A DNA stretch of 40,367 bases from the IMG/VR virus record IMGVR_UViG_3300046045_000002, positions 1 to 40,367 of that record; one strand, given 5' to 3'. How positions within the stretch are numbered: position 1 is the stretch's first letter; the number at the start of each line of letters is the position of its first letter. Of this stretch, positions 13,302 to 19,729 are shown one piece after another. Both the position numbers and the translations under genes were made by a program. The stretch is from a virus. The notes under the pieces were generated by a model that was not told the origin of the DNA, searched no databases, and saw only the letters and a program-made list of their open reading frames with translations.

Positions 13302-14020
13302 TGAGTGACCTATCCAGCCGCGCACAGCGGCTACACGTGGCCGAGAACCGGCAACGGCCTTTCGAGGGCATGGAATTGCGCGCCCTCGACAACGGGACCG
13401 GCGGGGAAAACCTGCGGTTCACCGGTTACGCCTCGGTGACGAACGCCCCCTATGAAATGGAAGATTTCCTAGGGGAGTACACCGAGCGAATCATGCCCGG
13501 GGCGTTCACTCGGTCCATAGCCGAGGGCGCCGACGTGCCGTTCAAGGTGAACCACAGCGGCATGACCCTTGCCCGTACGAAGTCGGGAACGATGCGCCTA
13601 GCCGAGGATTCGCGCGGGTTGCACGTCGAGGCCGACCTAGACCCGACTAACCCCGAAGTGCAGTCGCTACGCAGCGCCATGCAGCGCGGGGATATCGATG
13701 AAATGAGTTTCGCGTTCCGCGTGAACTCTCAGGTTTGGTCCCCGGATTGGTCGCAGCGCGACATTACCGAGGTCGACCTACACAAGGGGGACGTAAGCGC
13801 TGTCAACTATGGCGCAAATCCTGCTACGGCGGGTGCGGTACTGCGCTCACGTGACATTGCGCTGTTGCACGCCCGAGGCGCCATCAGCGCCGAACAGGCC
13901 GAGGCGCTCGCGCGCATGATCCGGCAGGGCGAGGACGCCCGTTCCGAGGCCGAACCCGAGGCAAAGCCCGGCGTCGACCTTTCCCTATTCGCGACGCGAC
14001 TACGCGCGCTGAATTTCTAA
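13301..14020 (+). CDS. Prohead (capsid maturation) protease, HK97 family
   Basis: 239 aa. FTGYASV...GAFTRS...KVNHSGMTLARTKSGTMRLAED pattern. Position between portal and capsid genes. Confidence 0.8.
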   Translation: MSDLSSRAQRLHVAENRQRPFEGMELRALDNGTGGENLRFTGYASVTNAPYEMEDFLGEYTERIMPGAFTRSIAEGADVPFKVNHSGMTLARTKSGTMRLAEDSRGLHVEADLDPTNPEVQSLRSAMQRGDIDEMSFAFRVNSQVWSPDWSQRDITEVDLHKGDVSAVNYGANPATAGAVLRSRDIALLHARGAISAEQAEALARMIRQGEDARSEAEPEAKPGVDLSLFATRLRALNF

Positions 14021-14022
14021 CT

Positions 14023-14045
14023 CACCTACTAGTCACTAGTAGGTG
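14023..14045. repeat. 23-bp palindrome copy 6 (centre tca)
   Basis: Starts 2 nt after the protease stop and ends 8 nt before the capsid ATG. Confidence 0.95.
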
Positions 14046-14053
14046 CTTCCCCG

Positions 14054-15415
14054 ATGGAGCACATTTTGAATAAGCGCGAAATGGTCGCCGACCTACTTGC
14101 GAAGCGTTCCGCTCTAAAGACCGAGCTTGACGGCCTTGTCGACGGCGCCACCGCCGAAAAGCGTTCTCTTTCCGAGGATGAGTCGGCCCGGTTCGACAGG
14201 GGCGAGGCGGAGATTCGGGCGTTCGATGAGCGCGTTAAGGAACTCGACTCGCAGATCAAGGCCGACGAGGCTGCGGCCGACATGGCTAAGCGCTATGCCG
14301 CGCCTCGCGTCGAGTCCGTCAAGGAACCGGAGATCTACCGTTCCGGCGTCGGTGGCCGTTCCTACTTCCGCGACCTACACCTAGCGCGAAGCAAGGGTGA
14401 CCGCGACGCTTCCGACCGGCTTGTTCGGAACAACCGGGGCCGTGCGGCCGACCTCGAACAGCGTGCTATCAGCGGCACTAATGGCGCCGGTGGAGAGTTC
14501 ATTCCGCCCCTATGGCTGGAGAACGAGTTCGTTAAGTACGCGCGTCCGGGTCGCATTACCGCGAACCTTTCGCCCTCCTTCCCGCTGCCCCCGGGTACTG
14601 ACTCGATCAACGTCCCGAAGGTTTCCGGCGGTACGGCGGTTGCTGTGCAGTCGACGCAGAACAGCGCCGTTCAGCAGACCGACCTAACCACGACCTCGAT
14701 TTCGTCCACTGTGACGACCGTTGCGGGTGGCCAGACGGTTTCCCTACAGCTGATCGAGCAGTCGCCTCTTAACATCGATGATGTTGTTCTGGCCGACCTT
14801 GCCGCCGACTATGCGCGGCAGCTCAACCTACTCGTGCTGAGTGGTTCGGGCACCTCGGGGCAGCCGACCGGCATCATGACCCTTGCGGGCACGAACGCTA
14901 TCGACTACAACCCCGCGACCGTCACCGCGCAGAACTTCTACAGCGCGGTTGCGAACGCCATTCAGACGGTTCACACGAACCGATTCCTCCCGCCGGACAC
15001 GATCATCATGCACCCGCGCCGGTGGGCGTGGCTGGTTGCTCAGGCCGACTCTTCCGGTCGTCCGCTGGTCGTTCCGCACGCCGGTGGTCCGTTCAACGCC
15101 ATGGCCGACCCGGGCGCCGTTGCCGCTCAGGGCTACGTCGGCACCATGCAGGGTCTGCCGGTCTACGTCGACGCGCTGATCCCGACCAACCTGACCGCCG
15201 ACACCGGCACCGCCGAGGATGCGGTGATTGTCGGCCGGTTCGCCGACCTCATGCTGTGGGAGTCGCACATTCGGGCCGAGGCGTTCGAGCAGACGTACTC
15301 GAACAACATGAGCGTTTTCATCCGGCTGTACAACTACATGTCGTTTCAGCCCGCCCGTTACCCGAAGTCGCTTTCTGTGATCACCGGTAAGGGTCTCCAG
15401 ACGCCGACGTTCTAA
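14054..15415 (+). CDS. Major capsid protein (HK97 fold with an N-terminal coiled-coil delta domain)
   Basis: 453 aa. Charged helical N-terminus followed by a capsid-like body. Position after the protease. Confidence 0.85.
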   Translation: MEHILNKREMVADLLAKRSALKTELDGLVDGATAEKRSLSEDESARFDRGEAEIRAFDERVKELDSQIKADEAAADMAKRYAAPRVESVKEPEIYRSGVGGRSYFRDLHLARSKGDRDASDRLVRNNRGRAADLEQRAISGTNGAGGEFIPPLWLENEFVKYARPGRITANLSPSFPLPPGTDSINVPKVSGGTAVAVQSTQNSAVQQTDLTTTSISSTVTTVAGGQTVSLQLIEQSPLNIDDVVLADLAADYARQLNLLVLSGSGTSGQPTGIMTLAGTNAIDYNPATVTAQNFYSAVANAIQTVHTNRFLPPDTIIMHPRRWAWLVAQADSSGRPLVVPHAGGPFNAMADPGAVAAQGYVGTMQGLPVYVDALIPTNLTADTGTAEDAVIVGRFADLMLWESHIRAEAFEQTYSNNMSVFIRLYNYMSFQPARYPKSLSVITGKGLQTPTF

Positions 15416-15424
15416 GCCCTTTAG

Positions 15425-15949
15425 GTGGTGGCCGTGGTTACTCATTACGACCGTTTGCGAAACGCTGTTCGCCGGTCTATGAACCGCCACGGCCACCACC
15501 GAGGCCATGCCGTCAACCGCTTCGTTCACTCGCACCGACACGGAAAGCGGCCGACCAAGCCCCGAGGGCACAAGCCGCATGCGGCGCATAAGAAGCACCA
15601 CAAGCGGCGGCATTACCACCTAAAGCATCACCGGCACCTCAAGCACCATTACCACCTAAAGCACAAGCGCCATTACAAGCACCGGCGGCACGTGCTGCAC
15701 CACCGCCGACACCTGCGGCACCTTGCGAAGCACCTTCGGCACGTTAAGAAGCACCGCCGACACCTCAAGCATCATCGGCACGTGATCCACCACCGGAAGC
15801 ACCGCCGACACACGACGCACCGCCACTTGCACCGCAAGCACAAGCGGCACACGACGCACCACCGACGGCGGCACATACTCCACCGCCGACACACCACACA
15901 CCACCACCGCCGGGGGTCGACACACCGACGACACCGCCGTTACCGCTAG
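15425..15949 (+). CDS. His/Arg/Lys-rich low-complexity basic protein (174 aa from GTG 15425; alternative ATG at 15479)
   Basis: The only long + strand ORF in the 540-bp gap between the capsid and connector genes. Third codon positions are mostly C or G. By hand count 55 H, 41 R and 18 K, with one acidic residue. Confidence 0.55.
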   Translation: MVAVVTHYDRLRNAVRRSMNRHGHHRGHAVNRFVHSHRHGKRPTKPRGHKPHAAHKKHHKRRHYHLKHHRHLKHHYHLKHKRHYKHRRHVLHHRRHLRHLAKHLRHVKKHRRHLKHHRHVIHHRKHRRHTTHRHLHRKHKRHTTHHRRRHILHRRHTTHHHRRGSTHRRHRRYR

Positions 15950-15957
15950 GGGTTCGC

Positions 15958-16860
15958 TTGACCACACAGACGATTTACTTTGTCGGGCAAGACGTCGGCC
16001 TCACGTGCACCCCGCTGGACGACAACGGCAACGCCACCACGGGCGCTCTTAGCGTCTCTGTGACCGTCACGAGCCCGACCGGGGCCACCACCACCCCGGC
16101 AGTCTCCTCGGCCGGTGGCGGGGCGTACAGCGCCGTTGTGCCGTCCGTCTCGGCGGGCACATGGCTGGTTCGATGGACAGCGACCGGCACGAACGGCACG
16201 GTTCCCGTCGGTTGGGCGTACGAGGATCAGTTCACGGTCCGCCCGCAGGGCGTAGAGCAACTGGTCGACCTAGTCAGCGTGAAGAAGCACCTGAACATCC
16301 CGCTGAACGACAACCGGCAAGACGAGGAGTTGCAGGGGTTCATACTTACCGCCGCTGATCAGGCGCGCGACGTGTGCGGGCCCTTCCTGCCGGAACAGCA
16401 CACACAGTTTTTCGATGGGGGACTGACCACTCTCCAGCCGGATTGGCTGCCCGTCGCCTCGGTGCAGTCCGTCACCGAGTATTACGGCCTATCGGCGTTC
16501 GTCCTCACGGAACAGCCCCTCGGGGCGCAGATGAACGCGTTCGCTTTCACAGCGGACTACGACACGGGCCAACTGACCCGGCGCACGTTCGGCGGCGAGG
16601 CTGCGCTGTTCGCCCTCGGAACGAAGAACGTGAAAGTCGTGTACACCGCCGGAACCGGCGGGCAAATCCCGTTCACTATCCGCCTCGGCGCCCTCGAACT
16701 GATCCGGCACCTATGGCAGCAGACGCAGAACGGCGGACGGCCTAAGTTCGGTTCCGCTGGAATGGATGGCGAGTCCATGGGCGTGCCGATGGGTTTTGCG
16801 CTGCCTGATCGCGTGATCGAGCTGTGGGGGCCGAAGCGCCGACCCCCGGGAATCGCGTAA
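15958..16860 (+). CDS. Head-tail connector/adaptor (gp6-like) with an N-terminal Ig-like extension
   Basis: 300 aa. The motif QLVDLVSVKKHLNIPLNDNRQDEELQGFILTAADQARDVCG is typical of gp6-like adaptors. The first ~95 aa are Thr/Ser/Gly-rich with a beta-strand pattern. Confidence 0.6.
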   Translation: MTTQTIYFVGQDVGLTCTPLDDNGNATTGALSVSVTVTSPTGATTTPAVSSAGGGAYSAVVPSVSAGTWLVRWTATGTNGTVPVGWAYEDQFTVRPQGVEQLVDLVSVKKHLNIPLNDNRQDEELQGFILTAADQARDVCGPFLPEQHTQFFDGGLTTLQPDWLPVASVQSVTEYYGLSAFVLTEQPLGAQMNAFAFTADYDTGQLTRRTFGGEAALFALGTKNVKVVYTAGTGGQIPFTIRLGALELIRHLWQQTQNGGRPKFGSAGMDGESMGVPMGFALPDRVIELWGPKRRPPGIA

Positions 16861-17327
16861 TGACCATTCCTAGCAGCACCTCGCCCGCTGTTCGGGCCTA
16901 TCTCTTCACGCAGCTAACGGCGCAGCTACAGCCGGACGCGAACGTGACCACCGCGAGTCTCCTCGTGTGCTACGACGAACCCGGGCCGAATCAACCGGAC
17001 GACATTGTGTCGATCGGCAAGGTTCAGCGGCAGATCGGCGTTAACTCGCTTGTCGGCGGGGGTGGCGCCGGATGGCTTGATGAGCGGTACACGGTAGAGA
17101 TCGAAATCGACGTGTACCGAGGCAACGACGACCCGCAGTACGTCTATCAGCGGGCGTCCGACCTCGCCGACGCTGCCATTGCAGTGATCCGCACCGACCC
17201 GACTCTAGGCGGCAACGTACTGACGGCCCGCCCGCACACCTCGAACCACGAAGTCACGTGGGATGACCAGCACATGGGCCGACACGCCACGGTGACTATC
17301 GAGGTCGAGTGCTTCCAGCGCATCTAG
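16860..17327 (+). CDS. Neck / tail-terminator-like protein (155 aa)
   Basis: Position between the adaptor and major tail protein. ATG overlaps the previous stop (TAATG). Confidence 0.45.
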   Translation: MTIPSSTSPAVRAYLFTQLTAQLQPDANVTTASLLVCYDEPGPNQPDDIVSIGKVQRQIGVNSLVGGGGAGWLDERYTVEIEIDVYRGNDDPQYVYQRASDLADAAIAVIRTDPTLGGNVLTARPHTSNHEVTWDDQHMGRHATVTIEVECFQRI

Positions 17328-17328
17328 T

Positions 17329-17351
17329 CACCTACTAGTCGCTAGTAGGTG
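17329..17351. repeat. 23-bp palindrome copy 7 (centre tcg)
   Basis: Starts 1 nt after the stop at 17327 and ends 19 nt before the next start. Confidence 0.95.
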
Positions 17352-17370
17352 GTCGACCCTAGGAACCCCC

Positions 17371-17568
17371 TTGCCCCTTTTCACGTACACCGGCACAGAC
17401 GAACGCTATTACCCGACGCTAGGCGTCGAGGCTTCCCCGGGCGCCGTTCTCGATCTCCCCGAGGCGCCCGACGATGGTCGATGGGAATCGGCGGCAACTC
17501 CCCAGGGTGCGCCCCTGCCGCTGGAGAACCCGCAGCCCGAGGCCGACCCCGCACCTACGAATCTGTAA
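17371..17568 (+). CDS. Hypothetical Pro-rich protein (65 aa) carrying the LPLENPQP motif
   Basis: TTG start. About 70% GC3 in this frame, against poor GC3 in the overlapping 17349 frame. Confidence 0.5.
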   Translation: MPLFTYTGTDERYYPTLGVEASPGAVLDLPEAPDDGRWESAATPQGAPLPLENPQPEADPAPTNL

Positions 17569-17577
17569 GGGCTGCTC

Positions 17578-18543
17578 ATGCCGCATTCTTCTAATCTCTC
17601 ATTCCTCGGAATTGCCAAGGAATCGACGCTAGGTACGCCGGTTGCGGCGACTGCCTATATCCCGGTCGACAAGCCTACGCCGAAGGACGCACTAACCCTC
17701 TTGGATGACAAGGGGCTGCGCGGTTCTATGGTCGAGGTCTACAACCAGATTGCCGGACCGAAGCATTCGACGTTTGACTTCGGCGGCGACGTCTTCCCGG
17801 ACACTATCGGTTGGATGCTAGCTGGTGTTCTCGGCGACCTTACGACCACGGGCGCTAGCGCGCCGTATACGCACGCTATGGCGGTTCTGAACACCTCGGA
17901 CGGACAGCCGAAGTCGTACACCCTCACCGACTACTACGCGACCGGCACACGGCAGTACGCGGGTGCGAAGTTCAGTGAGCTGGGATTCAAGTTCAACGGT
18001 GATTCCATGCTCACCTACTCGGCTAAGGCTACGGCGTTCGCCTCGAACACCACGACCGTGCCGACCCCGTCTTTCACCTCGATTCCGCCTATTGCCGCGT
18101 GGACTGGCGCTGTTCAGATCAACGGCACGCCGGTTACGACCGTCCTCGACGGCGAGGTAACCATCAAGCGGCCCGTGACCGTGATTCAGCCGGTCGCCGG
18201 TTCGCAGAACCCCGGCAACCTCTGGTCGGGTCCCGTGTCTGTCGACGGCAAGATGACGCTTGTCATGGAAGACGACACGCAGCTAACCAACTACCTGAAC
18301 GTTACGCAGCCGTCCCTAGACATCAACTTTGCTGCGGGAACCGGCGCCTCGGCGATTCAGGTGAAGCTACACATGTCGAATGTCACCTACAGCGCTGCGG
18401 ATATCGGGCGAGGTAAGGACTACGTCGAAATTGCCGTGTCGTTCGCCGCCCGTGCGAACTCGACCGACGTCGGCACCTCGGGCGGCTACTCGCCCATCAA
18501 GGCCACCATTCAGAACGCGATCACCTCGGGAACTTACGCCTAA
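17578..18543 (+). CDS. Major tail protein
   Basis: 321 aa, directly upstream of the chaperone pair and tape measure gene. Confidence 0.8.
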   Translation: MPHSSNLSFLGIAKESTLGTPVAATAYIPVDKPTPKDALTLLDDKGLRGSMVEVYNQIAGPKHSTFDFGGDVFPDTIGWMLAGVLGDLTTTGASAPYTHAMAVLNTSDGQPKSYTLTDYYATGTRQYAGAKFSELGFKFNGDSMLTYSAKATAFASNTTTVPTPSFTSIPPIAAWTGAVQINGTPVTTVLDGEVTIKRPVTVIQPVAGSQNPGNLWSGPVSVDGKMTLVMEDDTQLTNYLNVTQPSLDINFAAGTGASAIQVKLHMSNVTYSAADIGRGKDYVEIAVSFAARANSTDVGTSGGYSPIKATIQNAITSGTYA

Positions 18544-18980
18544 TGATGCACATCAATCTGCCGTCCGGCGCTACCGCCGACCTGCGCGACGTCGCCGAGG
18601 TCACCGAGCGACAGCGGCGCCCTATCAAGCGCATTCAGGCGCAGCTAGCCGCCCGCCCCGCGTTCGCCGCCGCTGTCAAGGAAGCGCAGGCAATCGCTAA
18701 GGCTGCGGGCACCGACCTGAGCCCCGAGGCCGAACTACGGATCGCCGCCGGTATGGGCGACGCGTTCGACCTACTAGAGGAACTGAACGATTCCCTCGTT
18801 GCCGCTCTAGTGGCCGGTTGGTCGTACGGGTTCCCCGTGTCCACCGATGGCGTTCAGGACGTCCCCGGCGCCGACCTGGACGCGCTGCGTAAGCAGTGTG
18901 CGCCGTTCCTGCCGAAGCTACTGCCGGACTTTGAGCCGACTGCCGAGGCCGATTCCCCTATCGCGCCCTCTGGCGCCTAA
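18543..18980 (+). CDS. Tail assembly chaperone (G-like)
   Basis: 145-aa acidic protein between the major tail protein and the tape measure gene. Confidence 0.75.
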   Translation: MMHINLPSGATADLRDVAEVTERQRRPIKRIQAQLAARPAFAAAVKEAQAIAKAAGTDLSPEAELRIAAGMGDAFDLLEELNDSLVAALVAGWSYGFPVSTDGVQDVPGADLDALRKQCAPFLPKLLPDFEPTAEADSPIAPSGA

Positions 18981-19186
18981 GCCAAGCACTAGAGGGGACG
19001 TTCGACTTCCCGCCCGAGGCGCTTCCGCTTGAGGAATATCGGACGTGGCGACTGTGCACCCTCATGCACTGTCGCCCGTCCGACCTCGACACCGAATCGG
19101 CGCTAGAACTCGACTGGTTGCTAGCGGTTGATGACGCTGTGGCGCGCGCCCGTAAGAACGTCGAGGAAAGGGCGGCAAATGGCTAA
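18543..19186 (+). CDS. Tail assembly chaperone, -1 frameshift product (G-T-like)
   Basis: The -1 frame is open from 18935 to the stop at 19184..19186 and reads ...EGTFDFPPEALPLEEYRTWRL.... The shift must occur within 18935..18977. Confidence 0.55.
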
Positions 19187-19682
19187 TGAGGCTTTCGGCG
19201 CCCTGATCGAGGGCGTCAAGGCTGCCGAGGCGGAACTGATCGCCATGGATAAGCGGGTGGATCTCGCTACGGTGGCCTCGCTTAAGAAGGTGCAGTCACT
19301 CACTCGCGCCCGTGTCCGGTCGAGGCTGCGCGGCCGTGCCCGCTGGAATCACCGAGGGCAGGGTAAGGGCGAGTGGGAATTCGTCCACAAGGTCGACATT
19401 AACGGCGGCGGGTCCGGCCACGTGAACCGGTCGGGTGGCCCGGGTCGATTCACCGGCACGCTAAACAGCGCGGTACGAGGCAGCCGAAAGCCCCGCCTAG
19501 AGGGTGAGGGCGTGTACTCCGCCGTCGTGTTCATGGGCAGCAAGGTTGCCCCCGTGGCGAACGTGTACAAGCACCGGCTAGAGGGGAAGTTCCCCTATTT
19601 CGCCCCCGGTGTGAAGTCGGCCGAACCGAAGATGCCCGCTGTTTGGGAAAAGGCATGGGCTAAGGCCACAGCGACTAAGTAA
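19179..19682 (+). CDS. Hypothetical structural protein (167 aa; possibly HK97 gp10-like)
   Basis: ATG preceded by gaggaaagggcggcaa. Unusual position between the chaperones and the tape measure gene. Confidence 0.4.
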   Translation: MANEAFGALIEGVKAAEAELIAMDKRVDLATVASLKKVQSLTRARVRSRLRGRARWNHRGQGKGEWEFVHKVDINGGGSGHVNRSGGPGRFTGTLNSAVRGSRKPRLEGEGVYSAVVFMGSKVAPVANVYKHRLEGKFPYFAPGVKSAEPKMPAVWEKAWAKATATK

Positions 19683-19686
19683 CCAC

Positions 19687-19709
19687 CACCTACTAGTAAC
19701 TAGAAGGTG
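19687..19709. repeat. 23-bp palindrome copy 8, degenerate (centre taa; one right-arm mismatch)
   Basis: cacctactagtaactagaaggtg, ending 20 nt before the tape measure ATG. Confidence 0.85.
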
Positions 19710-19729
19710 GTCACCACAAGGGGGTGACT

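Noticed and set aside
14828-15619. A 263-aa minus-strand ORF over the 3-prime end of the capsid gene and the start of the His-rich ORF.
   Set aside because: It is antisense to the major capsid gene within a uniformly + strand late operon. It is a shadow ORF.
15656-15967. Val-rich minus-strand ORFs (15656..15967 and 15765..15965) as the real gene in the capsid-connector gap.
   Set aside because: They are the complement of the CAC-rich coding strand and run against the orientation of the whole late operon. The + frame has the expected GC3 bias.
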